From: a virus
DNA: 64,000 nt
Reading direction: 5' to 3' (one strand)
IMG/VR virus record: IMGVR_UViG_3300046796_000369
The translations under genes were made by a program, and so were the position numbers. The notes under the pieces are model-generated. The model made no database searches and had not been told where the DNA came from. It saw only the letters and a program-made list of their open reading frames with translations. Positions 8,761-17,573 of this stretch are shown here, in pieces (positions within the stretch are counted from its first letter, which is position 1; each line of letters begins with the position of its first letter).

Positions 8761-8983
8761 CGGGCAGACTCCTAGACCGGCAAAAAATGCCGGTTGAACA
8801 GTGACTCAAACACCGCTAGGTCTGTCCTAGCGTTTCTTGTTCGCACTCGGAACGTACGCCCAATGCCAACGCCCCCGCAATGGCAAAAGGCAAAACGGGG
8901 AGGCTCGGTGGCTTGAAATCCACCGGGCCTCAACTGTTTGTGGGGCACACACCGATGGACCACCACGGACAGTACATCAATAA

Positions 8984-9064
8984 TCCTGTCGATTGTTGTT
9001 GACGTCCCATAGAGTTCCATGAGATAACATTTTCCTCGGGCGACAGAGCCCGCAACCCAAGGAG
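8984..9064 (+). promoter_or_regulatory. Promoter cassette copy 1: TCCTGTCGAT box, TTGACG -35, TGAGATA -10 region, GGGC-N6-GCCC hairpin, CAACCCAAGGAG RBS
   Basis: Near-identical to the copies at 10664, 15183 and 19575; directly precedes ATG 9074. Confidence 0.8.
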
Positions 9065-9073
9065 AACGATCAC

Positions 9074-9607
9074 ATGGCTACCCCGACCAACCACTTCCAC
9101 GCCGTCGACCCGCAGGGCAACGTCCACACCCGCAGCACCAAGCGCACCTACAGCCACACCGTGGTTGTCCTCCTCGGCGACGCCTACGCCGCCAAGCGTC
9201 TGGCCGACCGCCTCGCCTACACCGTCAAGCAGGCCCCGGAGGACTACGCCTTCCACACCTCGATGGTCGACCGTAGCTGGCACTACGTCGGCGGCAAGGT
9301 GGGCGGCACGCTGCGCTACCCGACGATCACCGACGAGGCGAGCATGGCCAAGGAAGCCGCGGAGCACGCCGAGAGACTCGGCGGCCTGACGGTCGAGCAG
9401 TACACCGAGCGCGCACTGGCGGAGGTCCGTGCCGACCACGCCGCCGACGTCGCCAAGGGCGAGTACAGCAAGTTCTTCAACGTCGGCTGGTGCAGCCGCC
9501 TCGACCTCGCCCGCAAGCTGGCCGACGGCGGCCACCGCTTCACCAACCCGGAGAAGGTGGTGATCCTCGAAGCGGTGCGCGGCAAGCCCGACAAGGCGGT
9601 GCGCTAA
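9074..9607 (+). CDS. Hypothetical early protein
   Basis: Strong AAGGAG RBS, highly biased codon usage, first gene after the cassette. Confidence 0.8.
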   Translation: MATPTNHFHAVDPQGNVHTRSTKRTYSHTVVVLLGDAYAAKRLADRLAYTVKQAPEDYAFHTSMVDRSWHYVGGKVGGTLRYPTITDEASMAKEAAEHAERLGGLTVEQYTERALAEVRADHAADVAKGEYSKFFNVGWCSRLDLARKLADGGHRFTNPEKVVILEAVRGKPDKAVR

Positions 9608-9816
9608 TGGCCACTTTCATGGACCTCATCGAGCCGTGGGATGACGACTCGTTCGACATCCCACCCAAGTACTACGTCAGCTACCCCGCGGGCGTGACCG
9701 ACGACTACGGCCAGCGCGGCTACTACTTTCGCACCCTGCGCGGGGCCAAGTACATGGCCCGGCGCGCCTTCAAGGCCCGCCCCGGCCACGTCCTCTTCCT
9801 GAAGAAGGACTGGTGA
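9607..9816 (+). CDS. Hypothetical early protein (69 aa)
   Basis: TAATG coupling to the previous gene; MATFMDLIEPW... Confidence 0.6.
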   Translation: MATFMDLIEPWDDDSFDIPPKYYVSYPAGVTDDYGQRGYYFRTLRGAKYMARRAFKARPGHVLFLKKDW

Positions 9817-9902
9817 AGGCCCGCCCGGCCCCATACAGCCCCGCCCGGCCCTGACAAGCCGGTGCGGGGCTTCCGGGTGCCACCAACCAAGGAGCACGCA
9901 CA

Positions 9903-10127
9903 ATGGCCTATAAAGTCTACCTGATCGTCGAATTGCCGGAGAGCTACGAGGACAAGGACGCCGCCATGGACGCCGCCGTGCAGGCTCTGCAGGACGCGGT
10001 GGTCATCGAGACCGAGCGAGTCGTCAACCCGCACCGCACGATGGTCGCCAAGGTCTACGCCGAGGGCGACCTGCTGGCCGCCAAGCCACACGCCTTCGTG
10101 GTCGACATCTGCGACGGCTGCATCTGA
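9903..10127 (+). CDS. Hypothetical early protein
   Basis: AAGGAG RBS; 74 aa. Confidence 0.7.
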   Translation: MAYKVYLIVELPESYEDKDAAMDAAVQALQDAVVIETERVVNPHRTMVAKVYAEGDLLAAKPHAFVVDICDGCI

Positions 10128-10258
10128 TGATCACCCTGCGCTACGTCATCAAGGGCCTCCGCTTCCGGCGCACCTACCGCGACAGCCGTGAGGCTGCCGT
10201 CCGCATCGACATCCTGCGCAGGCAGGGTATCGCCGTCACCGTGACGGTGACGGCATGA
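10127..10258 (+). CDS. Small basic hypothetical protein (43 aa)
   Basis: TGATG and ATGA coupling on both sides; MITLRYVIKGLRFRRTY... Confidence 0.5.
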   Translation: MITLRYVIKGLRFRRTYRDSREAAVRIDILRRQGIAVTVTVTA

Positions 10259-10449
10259 GCGAACCCCTCGCCTACCTGTTCGACCAGCACGGCTGGGCCC
10301 TGCTGAAGAAGGTCAAGAAGGGCCTGTACGGCGATGGCACGCACCTGACGCCCGACACAAGGCGCGACCTTGCCAACATGCTGGAGGCGGCCATGATGCA
10401 GGTCATCCCCATCGACGAGAAAGGCATATACGTTCAACGTGACACCTGA
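10255..10449 (+). CDS. Hypothetical protein
   Basis: 64-aa coupled ORF. Confidence 0.6.
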   Translation: MSEPLAYLFDQHGWALLKKVKKGLYGDGTHLTPDTRRDLANMLEAAMMQVIPIDEKGIYVQRDT

Positions 10450-10623
10450 GACGCGGGGCTCCGGGTCCATCTCCTTTACGGCGGCAAGGACCGCCCGAAA
10501 CAGCAAGCCGCTCCTGCCTAGTGCGCGTTCGCCCCTCGCTTGCACAGGGCGCGCATGTGGTCAAACCCCCGACCCGGCCGGACCTTCCGGAAAGTAGTGG
10601 GTGTAAGGCGGCATCCGAGAGAC

Positions 10624-10662
10624 CCCGCCCGGTGGTTCCAGCCATCGGGCGGGTTTATTTTT
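10624..10662 (+). terminator. Rho-independent terminator
   Basis: CCCGCCCG-GTGG-loop-CCAT-CGGGCGGG followed by TTTATTTTT. Confidence 0.75.
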
Positions 10663-10663
10663 G

Positions 10664-10744
10664 TCCTGTCGATTTCTGTTGACGTCCCATACGGTTCCAT
10701 GAGACAAGCTGTTCCTCGGGCGACACAGCCCGCAACCCAAGGAG
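10664..10744 (+). promoter_or_regulatory. Promoter cassette copy 2
   Basis: tcctgtcgatttctgTTGACGtcccatacggttccaTGAGACAagctgttcctcGGGCgacacaGCCCgcaacccAAGGAG. Confidence 0.8.
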
Positions 10745-10753
10745 CGCCACTTC

Positions 10754-11116
10754 ATGATCAAGCAAGCCGAAACCATCACCCCCGCCGTCAAGGCCACTTT
10801 CGAGACCGCCATCGTCAAGCTGCAGGCCGAGAAGGCCGAGATGCTCGCCGTGCTGCGCGCGGGCGTGAACGACAAGGTCCTCATGCTCGACGGCGTCGGC
10901 GGCACCTGCATCGCCATGATCGACGGCAAGCCGGAAGCCCGCCACGCCCACAAGGCGACCGCCTTCACCGCGAAGAACGCGCCGATGTTCCGCAACGGCG
11001 TCGGCACCCCCTACAACCTCGTGTGCCGCGCCCACGCCATCTCCAAGGGCATCGAGAGCATCGATGCGGGCCTCAAGTACATGCAGGAGGCGGTCAGCCT
11101 CCCGGTGGCGGCATGA
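10754..11116 (+). CDS. Hypothetical early protein
   Basis: First gene after cassette copy 2; biased codon usage. Confidence 0.8.
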   Translation: MIKQAETITPAVKATFETAIVKLQAEKAEMLAVLRAGVNDKVLMLDGVGGTCIAMIDGKPEARHAHKATAFTAKNAPMFRNGVGTPYNLVCRAHAISKGIESIDAGLKYMQEAVSLPVAA

Positions 11117-11304
11117 GCCGGGTCACCTACGACATCCGTTTCAACGGTACCGGGTACGAGGTGTTCCGCACTCGGACCTTCTATCTCGCACAGCCGGTCT
11201 CGGTGGTGGTCGACACGTTCGACACTCGCGAGGCCGCCGAGGTCGAAGTCAAGTTTCAAGAGGCGCTCGACCGCGACAAGGCTCGCGACCGGGCCGGACG
11301 CTAA
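11113..11304 (+). CDS. Hypothetical protein (63 aa)
   Basis: ATGA coupling; MSRVTYDIRFNG... Confidence 0.6.
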   Translation: MSRVTYDIRFNGTGYEVFRTRTFYLAQPVSVVVDTFDTREAAEVEVKFQEALDRDKARDRAGR

Positions 11305-11336
11305 TTCAGACCACCCAACCCGAAAGGAACCAGACA

Positions 11337-11672
11337 ATGACTGCCATCACTCAAGTTTCCAACGACTCGATCCCGGCCAACGACCAGACGTCCTCGCTGG
11401 TCGACCAGATCGGCACCATGAAGGCGCGGCTCGCCCCGCTGCTCAACCAACTCAAGGAACTGGAGGCCGCCCTCAAGGCCTACGGCGAAGGCCGCTACCT
11501 CGGCTCGTCCTACGAGGCCAAGGTGTTCGTCCAGCAGCGCGACACGCTCGACATGAAGGCGGTCCGCGACCATCTCAGCCGCCAGTTCATCGCCGCCCAC
11601 ACCAACACCAGCGATGTCACCGTGCTCAAGGTGACGGCGCGCCAGATCAGCCTCGCCCCGGTGGAGGGCTAG
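11337..11672 (+). CDS. Hypothetical phage protein with N-terminal coiled coil
   Basis: AAAGGA RBS; LVDQIGTMKARLAPL...TLDMKAVRDHL. Confidence 0.7.
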   Translation: MTAITQVSNDSIPANDQTSSLVDQIGTMKARLAPLLNQLKELEAALKAYGEGRYLGSSYEAKVFVQQRDTLDMKAVRDHLSRQFIAAHTNTSDVTVLKVTARQISLAPVEG

Positions 11673-11867
11673 ATGCCCGGCCCCAAGGTCGCGCGCGACC
11701 TCAAGTTTCAGGGCAACAAGTTCTCCATGGCGGTCAACCGCGCCAACCTGATGGCCATGGAGCAGATCGCCCGCGACCTCGAAAAGTCATCCGGTGTGCG
11801 GCTGACCCGCACACAGGTGCTCCAGCACCTGATTTCGTTTTACAACTCCCGAAAGGACCCCTCATGA
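11673..11867 (+). CDS. Possible ribbon-helix-helix DNA-binding protein
   Basis: FSMAVN strand followed by two amphipathic helices (..LMAMEQIA..; TRTQVLQHLISFY). Confidence 0.4.
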   Translation: MPGPKVARDLKFQGNKFSMAVNRANLMAMEQIARDLEKSSGVRLTRTQVLQHLISFYNSRKDPS

Positions 11868-12031
11868 CGCGCCTTACCTTCGCCTGCCTGATCGCCCTCG
11901 CCGTGTTCGTCGGAGCCGCCACCGCCGCCAAGGCGGACGGCTGCTACTACCTGAACATCTGGATGGACGGTAAGCTCAAGCTCTGCACGGTCTGCGAATG
12001 GGCAGGCGTGCGCAACGTGACCTGTTCCTGA
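11864..12031 (+). CDS. Small exported Cys-rich peptide (55 aa)
   Basis: Signal peptide MTRLTFACLIALAVFVGAATAAKA, then a mature region with 4 Cys; AAAGGA RBS; coupled to both neighbours. Confidence 0.6.
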   Translation: MTRLTFACLIALAVFVGAATAAKADGCYYLNIWMDGKLKLCTVCEWAGVRNVTCS

Positions 12032-12363
12032 TGCAGTTCGTCATCAACGCCGACAAGTCGGTCGAACCGATGGACGACGCCGTCGAATGGATGGCGCGTC
12101 TGGAGACCGATGACCGAGTCGTCGAGGTCACCAGTGTGGGCAAAACCCTGATATCCACGATGTTCACAGGGATTTCCACCGGTCTCGACGACTCGGGCAG
12201 GCCACTCGTTTTCGAGACCGTGATCCAGAAAGGCCCGCTCCACGGGACGACCCGCCGCTACCCTACCTTTGGCAGGGCTCAGGCGGGCCATATGCGGCTC
12301 GTAGACGAGGTTATCGAGGCCTACCGGGCGTCCGGCTCATCCGAATCCCCGGCCTCTTCCTGA
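12031..12363 (+). CDS. Hypothetical phage protein
   Basis: MQFVINADK...ISTMFTGI...PLVFETVI...RYPT...AQAGH. Confidence 0.65.
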   Translation: MQFVINADKSVEPMDDAVEWMARLETDDRVVEVTSVGKTLISTMFTGISTGLDDSGRPLVFETVIQKGPLHGTTRRYPTFGRAQAGHMRLVDEVIEAYRASGSSESPASS

Positions 12364-13064
12364 GCCTCTCTGGGGGCCTGTGGAGCGGCCTCCGCAGCGG
12401 GCGTGCCGGGCGCGGCGGGCAGGGGGTAGAAAGCCCACTCGGGGGCTTTCTCCCACAGGCGATTGAACGACTCGGCCAGCAGGACCGAACTCGCCATGAC
12501 CTCTATGGTGGCCTCGCGGTCTTCCGGGTGTTCGCGCCCATTCACCATCCAGATCAGGCTGTACGGGACGATATGGGCCACCTCGATGTCGTTTTCGCTG
12601 AACGCCAGCCGCACGAACATGGCCGCCACCGAGGTCTCGAAATTGGCCCGCGGGTCGTCCGGGGGCAGCTTGTCCATGGCGCTGCGCAACGCCTCCGCCA
12701 GTGACTGGCGCTCCTGCATCGAGACGCTGGCCGGGTGCCGGTTGAGCATCATGCCGAACACCGCGCTGCACGGCTCGGCGATGTCCTGCAGGCGCAGGGC
12801 GACCAGCGCGGTCCGGATCAGCGACAGGCAGGCCCGCCAACGACTCGTCGAGTCGATAAGACCTACGCAACTCTCGATGCGGTCCTTGCCGTTGAGCATC
12901 GCCCCCACGTTCTGCTCGGTGCGCACCCTGAAGATTTGGCCGAACGGCAGGCCGCGCGTCACCTCCCACAGCATCGGCTGGCTGATAATCTCGGGCGCGC
13001 TGCGCCACTGGAAACGCTCATTCGGCAACTGGATGCCGTGCGTGACCACGTAGGCTGTTTTCAT
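12321..13064 (-). CDS. Hypothetical protein
   Basis: GGAGAAG RBS before ATG 13064. Confidence 0.65.
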   Translation of the reverse strand: MKTAYVVTHGIQLPNERFQWRSAPEIISQPMLWEVTRGLPFGQIFRVRTEQNVGAMLNGKDRIESCVGLIDSTSRWRACLSLIRTALVALRLQDIAEPCSAVFGMMLNRHPASVSMQERQSLAEALRSAMDKLPPDDPRANFETSVAAMFVRLAFSENDIEVAHIVPYSLIWMVNGREHPEDREATIEVMASSVLLAESFNRLWEKAPEWAFYPLPAAPGTPAAEAAPQAPREAQEEAGDSDEPDAR

Positions 13065-13097
13065 CGTCTCTTCTCCGCTGGATGGGGGCAAACGAAA

Positions 13098-13122
13098 CGG
13101 CGCGTGCCGTCAGCACGCGCCG
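13098..13122 (-). terminator. Rho-independent terminator after the SSB-like gene
   Basis: CGGCGCGTGC-5 nt-GCACGCGCCG followed on the minus strand by TTTCGTTT. Confidence 0.6.
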
Positions 13123-13137
13123 TACGAGTCGTTGACG

Positions 13138-13974
13138 TCAGAAAGGAATCTCAGAATCCAGCGCCACGGCGGCGGTGGCGGCGGTGCGCGGTGTGGTCGA
13201 CGGATCGGGCATCGCCCGCGCGGTCCCGGCATCAATCTGTTCGCGCAGCTTCTGCGCCTCCGCGAAGACCGCCCTGCCGCCGTTCACCTCCAGCAGCTTG
13301 CTGCCCGGCTCGACGCGCCAACCGTACCATGAGCCAAGATCGTTGCTCTCCTGCACGGTCTGCATGCTGTAGACCCGTGAGTATATCGGCGGCTCGAACG
13401 ACGTGCCGTCAGCCTTGGTGATCTTGAGCATGTTGATCAGCGCATTGAGCCTCTTGCTCTTGCGGTACTGCGACCCGGTCATGTTGAGCACCACCGGCAT
13501 GGTTGCGCCATCCTCGAAGATGATCAGTCCGTAGTAGGTCGCATTGGGCACGATGTCGTTGCCCTCGCTGGTGCGGTGCGTGCCGTAGTCTCCACTGGAC
13601 GCCTCGTACTTCGATGCATTGGTGCCCCAGTTCTTCACCAAGCCGCCGCGGTTGGGCTTCCATTCGACGAACGTGGTCTCGTACTTCACCGGGACGAAAG
13701 CGATACGCTGACGCGGCTCGCGGGTCAGGGAATCGATGATGTCGCCGGGTCGGGCCGCCTCGACGAACGCCGGGTCGTTGCGCTGAACGTAGCCGCTGGT
13801 CGCCTGCACGATCTGCAAAAACGGGATCAGCAGGTCGTCTTTCTTGAAGTCATTGGTGGGCTTCGCGTTCTCCATCAGCGCAATGTCTTCGACCGACAGA
13901 GTCGTCGGCAGATTGGTTTGGCTGGTCGTCTGCAGAGTGGCTTCGTTATTCGTTGTCACGTTGCTATTGGTCAT
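13138..13974 (-). CDS. Putative ssDNA-binding protein
   Basis: DLLIPFLQIVQ...FVEWKP.RGG...SWYGW pattern and an acidic/aromatic C-terminal tail LDSEIPF. Confidence 0.55.
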   Translation of the reverse strand: MTNSNVTTNNEATLQTTSQTNLPTTLSVEDIALMENAKPTNDFKKDDLLIPFLQIVQATSGYVQRNDPAFVEAARPGDIIDSLTREPRQRIAFVPVKYETTFVEWKPNRGGLVKNWGTNASKYEASSGDYGTHRTSEGNDIVPNATYYGLIIFEDGATMPVVLNMTGSQYRKSKRLNALINMLKITKADGTSFEPPIYSRVYSMQTVQESNDLGSWYGWRVEPGSKLLEVNGGRAVFAEAQKLREQIDAGTARAMPDPSTTPRTAATAAVALDSEIPF

Positions 13975-14494
13975 TTGATGTTCCTGCTTTTTTGGTGAAG
14001 CGTGCCCGCTGGAAGACAGAGACGCCAATCAGGTCCAGCGGTGTCGGCTGACCGGCGACGATTCGGTCGCGTATCCTTGCGCCGAGAGTCATGGGGTGAA
14101 TCGTTTCGTCAAGAGCGACCTTGGCAGTGCCCAGCGCGGCGAGTCGTTCGTACTCGACCTGCGCCTTGGCGCGGTCCCCGCGGGTCCATGAGGCGGCGAG
14201 GCGGCATTCGATCAGGTTCTCGAAGCCGTTGGCGGACAGCCACTCCAGCGCAGCGGCGCGGGCGGCCGGGTCCTTGGGCAGGGAGCCCTCCGACATGGTC
14301 GACAGGGTGATGCGGCTGCCATCCTCCAGTTGGATGCTTGTCACGCCGGACTCGGTGAACAGTTCCGGCAGGATGTCGCGCTCCATCGCCTTGCGCCGGT
14401 CGTTGAGGGTGACAAGGGCGGCATCGTGTTCAGCGATGTCGGCCAAGATTTCGCGAAGTTCGTGGGCGGCGGTCCTGAGTCGTGCAGAAGTCAT
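13964..14494 (-). CDS. Conserved phage replication-module protein
   Basis: ILPELF.E.GVTSIQLEDG...ALEWL..NG...IHPMTL; a family commonly found next to SSB-like genes. Confidence 0.6.
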   Translation of the reverse strand: MTSARLRTAAHELREILADIAEHDAALVTLNDRRKAMERDILPELFTESGVTSIQLEDGSRITLSTMSEGSLPKDPAARAAALEWLSANGFENLIECRLAASWTRGDRAKAQVEYERLAALGTAKVALDETIHPMTLGARIRDRIVAGQPTPLDLIGVSVFQRARFTKKAGTSNDQ

Positions 14495-14510
14495 GGGGTC
14501 CTCGCAAAGA

Positions 14511-14537
14511 GGGCCGCGCCCCGGATGGGCGCGGCCC
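14511..14537 (-). terminator. GC hairpin, possible terminator
   Basis: GGGCCGCGCCC-CGGAT-GGGCGCGGCCC followed by TCTTT on the minus strand. Confidence 0.45.
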
Positions 14538-14545
14538 GATATTGA

Positions 14546-15082
14546 CTAGGCGTCGACGCCTTCCGGTTCAACCGGCTGCGGGATGGTGAGAGGGTCATCG
14601 CCATCCACCCGGCCGCACACGAAAGTGGCGACGTAGCCCCTCGCCGCGGGGCTGATGCGGACCTCGAAGAGGTCGTCGGGCTTGCCGCTCTCCAAGGTGC
14701 CCGCGAACGTCACCCCGCCCATCTTGATGAGCATGAGGTTGCCGGGCAACACGGTGACCACGTCCTTGTCGAACGTGCCGACCGTCGACGGGACGGCCTG
14801 CGGGAAGCCCTCCCGGCCCTTGTTGTACTCGACGTAGCCCGCCCAGTTGAGCAGCGACCCCGGCACCGTCCGGACCTGCCGGTAGCCCTTGGCGGCGGCG
14901 GCATAGGTCAGGGCGAAGCGACGCATCGCGGTGGTCCTGTCGATTTCCGCATCCTCGGCGCGGGCCATGCCCTCGGAGATGCGCCTGCGGATGAAATCCA
15001 CAACCGCGCCCCGCAGGTCGAAGGCAAGAGCCGAACGCTCGTTGGCAACGGTAACCTCGAACGTCTTCACAGTGACAGTCAT
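14546..15082 (-). CDS. Hypothetical protein
   Basis: 178 aa, AAAGGGG RBS, biased codon usage. Confidence 0.7.
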   Translation of the reverse strand: MTVTVKTFEVTVANERSALAFDLRGAVVDFIRRRISEGMARAEDAEIDRTTAMRRFALTYAAAAKGYRQVRTVPGSLLNWAGYVEYNKGREGFPQAVPSTVGTFDKDVVTVLPGNLMLIKMGGVTFAGTLESGKPDDLFEVRISPAARGYVATFVCGRVDGDDPLTIPQPVEPEGVDA

Positions 15083-15182
15083 AGTACACAGTCCCTTTCT
15101 TCATACCCTATTTGGCGTAGTCGACGCCGGGCAGAGTGGCGACCCGGCGGTTGTACAGGACCGAAAAGGGCTCGTCTACATA

Positions 15183-15277
15183 AATCGACAGGAAAAAATC
15201 GACAGGAAAGATTTGACGTCGAGTCGTTTCCGTGAGATAAGCTGCCTACCGGGCGACACAGCCCGCAACCCAAGGAG
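15183..15277 (+). promoter_or_regulatory. Promoter cassette copy 3, with two tandem ATCGACAGGA boxes and a GAGTCGT in the -35/-10 spacer
   Basis: aaatcgacaggaaaaaatcgacaggaaagatTTGACGtcGAGTCGTttccgTGAGATAagctgcctaccGGGCgacacaGCCCgcaacccAAGGAG. Confidence 0.8.
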
Positions 15278-15284
15278 ACTGCAT

Positions 15285-16571
15285 TTGACCAACTTTCGCC
15301 AATTCGGGATGGAGTTCGAGACCTTCAACGAGAACGTCCCCACCGGGGGCCGTGGCCGCACCGGGGCGTCTGGCCTCAAGATCGCTGCCGCCATCAATGC
15401 CATGGGCTTTCAGGCGGTCTCCACCGAGCGCCACTTCGACACCAATTACCGCGTGTGGCAGGTCAAGCCCGACGTCACCGTGGCCCCCACCAAGGGCGGC
15501 CTCGAAGTCGTCTCGCGCACCCTGCCGGGCACGCAGGCGTCGCTCGACGAGGTCACCAAGGTCTGCAATTGGCTGGAATCGAACGGCTACGACGTCGACG
15601 TGTCGTGCGGCTACCACGTCCATATCGATGCCGGTGACCTGACGTCCTACGAGTGCGCCGCCATCGCCCTGCGCTACCATCACTGCCAAGTCGACATCAA
15701 TGGCATCCTGCCGCCGTCGCGTCGTGGCGGCCAGTGGGCCCAGAACCTGACCGGCAGCAGCCTGAACAAGATTCTCACCACCATCACCAGCGGCGAGCGC
15801 TCGCAGCGTTGGGATTCGCGCGAACGCTACGTCAGCGTCAACCTCCAGCACGTCGCCAACGGCCGGTCGAGCCGCCGCATCGAGTTCCGCCAGCACAGCG
15901 GCACGGTCAACGCCAGCAAGGTGATCGGCTGGTACAAGTTCCTCTGTGATTTCGTCGCCGAGACGCTGCGCCTGCTGGCCGAGATTGGCGGTGGCGCGGT
16001 GACCACGCCGACCAATGCGCCCACCATCATTCGCCAGCAGACTCGCCGCCGCTCCGGAGCGCGCACGGTCAGCATCGTGACCGGCACCACCATGTCGCCG
16101 CAGGTCCCGCTCATCGATCCGAACACCGACTACGATTGCTTCCTGCGCACCATCGAACAGAACGGCGTCATCACCACCGATGACGCGCGCACTTTCGGCT
16201 GGATGGATGGCGGCACCAACAGCACCAACAGCCGCCTGCGCGTGACCGCGCACTGGCTGCGCCGTCACGGTGCCGAGTTGCTGACCACTCAGCGCAACGG
16301 TGAACTGGCCTATGTCGGCGTCAATGGCGCACGCACCCGTGCGCAGATTTTCACCGCCCCGGCGCAGATTCGCCAGCGCGTGACGGTGTCCGGTGCGCCG
16401 AATGCCGCCGCCGCAGTGCCTACCACCACCCGCCAGCGCGACCTGCTGCATAAACTGTCGACGACGGACGTGATGTCCGGCCTGTCGACCGAAACGGCGA
16501 GGTGGTTCTCGGACCGCATGATAGAGATCGCCGCGGCCGACGCCCGCCGCGCGGCGCGGAGGACCATCTGA
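15285..16571 (+). CDS. Putative amidoligase (Amidoligase_2 / COOH-NH2 ligase) with a C-terminal extension
   Basis: FGMEFE, WQVKPD, GLEVVSRTL, SCGYHVHID, RYVSVNL, IEFRQHSGT. The start is placed at TTG 15285 behind the cassette RBS. Confidence 0.85.
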   Translation: MTNFRQFGMEFETFNENVPTGGRGRTGASGLKIAAAINAMGFQAVSTERHFDTNYRVWQVKPDVTVAPTKGGLEVVSRTLPGTQASLDEVTKVCNWLESNGYDVDVSCGYHVHIDAGDLTSYECAAIALRYHHCQVDINGILPPSRRGGQWAQNLTGSSLNKILTTITSGERSQRWDSRERYVSVNLQHVANGRSSRRIEFRQHSGTVNASKVIGWYKFLCDFVAETLRLLAEIGGGAVTTPTNAPTIIRQQTRRRSGARTVSIVTGTTMSPQVPLIDPNTDYDCFLRTIEQNGVITTDDARTFGWMDGGTNSTNSRLRVTAHWLRRHGAELLTTQRNGELAYVGVNGARTRAQIFTAPAQIRQRVTVSGAPNAAAAVPTTTRQRDLLHKLSTTDVMSGLSTETARWFSDRMIEIAAADARRAARRTI

Positions 16572-17422
16572 TGACCGACGCCATCCCCATGACCGTCCTC
16601 AAGGTTTCCCACCACACCCCCAAGCACATGGCCGAGCGCTATCCCTACGCGGGATACGGCAGCAACCTGTGGATGTCGCAGATCACCGAGCGCTGCCCGC
16701 ATGTCGAATTGGTCATCGCCGGGCGCATCCTCGATCATCGGCTCGATTTCGCCCGCGTCGCCACCATCACGCAGGACAAGACGTCGACCGTGCCGGTGGG
16801 CATCTACAGGCTGACCGCCGACGACATCGAGAAACTCGACCGCAAGGAAGGCTTGGGCAAGGCCTACGACCGCTACCTGATCACGCCTATCACCGACGAC
16901 AACCGTGCGCTGCGCTGCTTCACTTACATCAAGCGCGACCCGACGCTGGAGCCGCCGACCGACAAATACTTCATGAAGCTGGTGGCAGGCTACCGCGACT
17001 GGCACTTCGACGACCGCCGCCTGCGCCATGCGCGGTCGCGCGCCGCGGCGGCGTGGTTGGCCGGTGCGCCGGAGCGTGACAGAAAACGCAACGCCGATAT
17101 CATCGCCGACGTCGAGCGCATCCGCCAGAAGTATGTCGGCAAGAGCGCGGGTGAGGCGTGGCGTCAGGGCGAGATGTGGGAGCCGGTGGACGACGTCGAG
17201 CCGGTTCGCCCCAAGCGCTACGTCACGATGCGTCACGATGGCGTGGAGTTTGGCACGCGCGACGGCGTTTTCTACTTTCGCCAGTTGGGCACACGGGTAT
17301 GGTATCGTGACGTTTCTGGACACGAGCATATCAGCAGCGGCATGGTGTGCGGCGAACTGGCCGAGAACCTGCCCGGTGCCAAGGCCTACAAGCCCATCGA
17401 CAATAAGCGAGGCAAGAAATGA
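16571..17422 (+). CDS. Gamma-glutamylcyclotransferase (AIG2-like) with a C-terminal extension
   Basis: YAGYGSNL, RLDF, VPVGIYRLT...LDRKEG..YDR; TGATG-coupled to the amidoligase. Confidence 0.85.
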   Translation: MTDAIPMTVLKVSHHTPKHMAERYPYAGYGSNLWMSQITERCPHVELVIAGRILDHRLDFARVATITQDKTSTVPVGIYRLTADDIEKLDRKEGLGKAYDRYLITPITDDNRALRCFTYIKRDPTLEPPTDKYFMKLVAGYRDWHFDDRRLRHARSRAAAAWLAGAPERDRKRNADIIADVERIRQKYVGKSAGEAWRQGEMWEPVDDVEPVRPKRYVTMRHDGVEFGTRDGVFYFRQLGTRVWYRDVSGHEHISSGMVCGELAENLPGAKAYKPIDNKRGKK

Positions 17423-17571
17423 AATACCGGGTCGTCTTGGCGATGAACATAATCTACGAGATAGAGGCTGACAGCGAGGACGCGGCGGTCAAGGTCGCTG
17501 TCGGAAAGACACCCAAGGAGGTCGACTACGTTGAAGTTGTCGAGGTCGCTGTCATGCCTGAAGCGCATTGA
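17419..17571 (+). CDS. Small hypothetical protein (50 aa)
   Basis: MKYRVVLAMNIIYEIEADSEDAA; coupled ORF. Confidence 0.55.
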   Translation: MKYRVVLAMNIIYEIEADSEDAAVKVAVGKTPKEVDYVEVVEVAVMPEAH

Positions 17572-17573
17572 CA

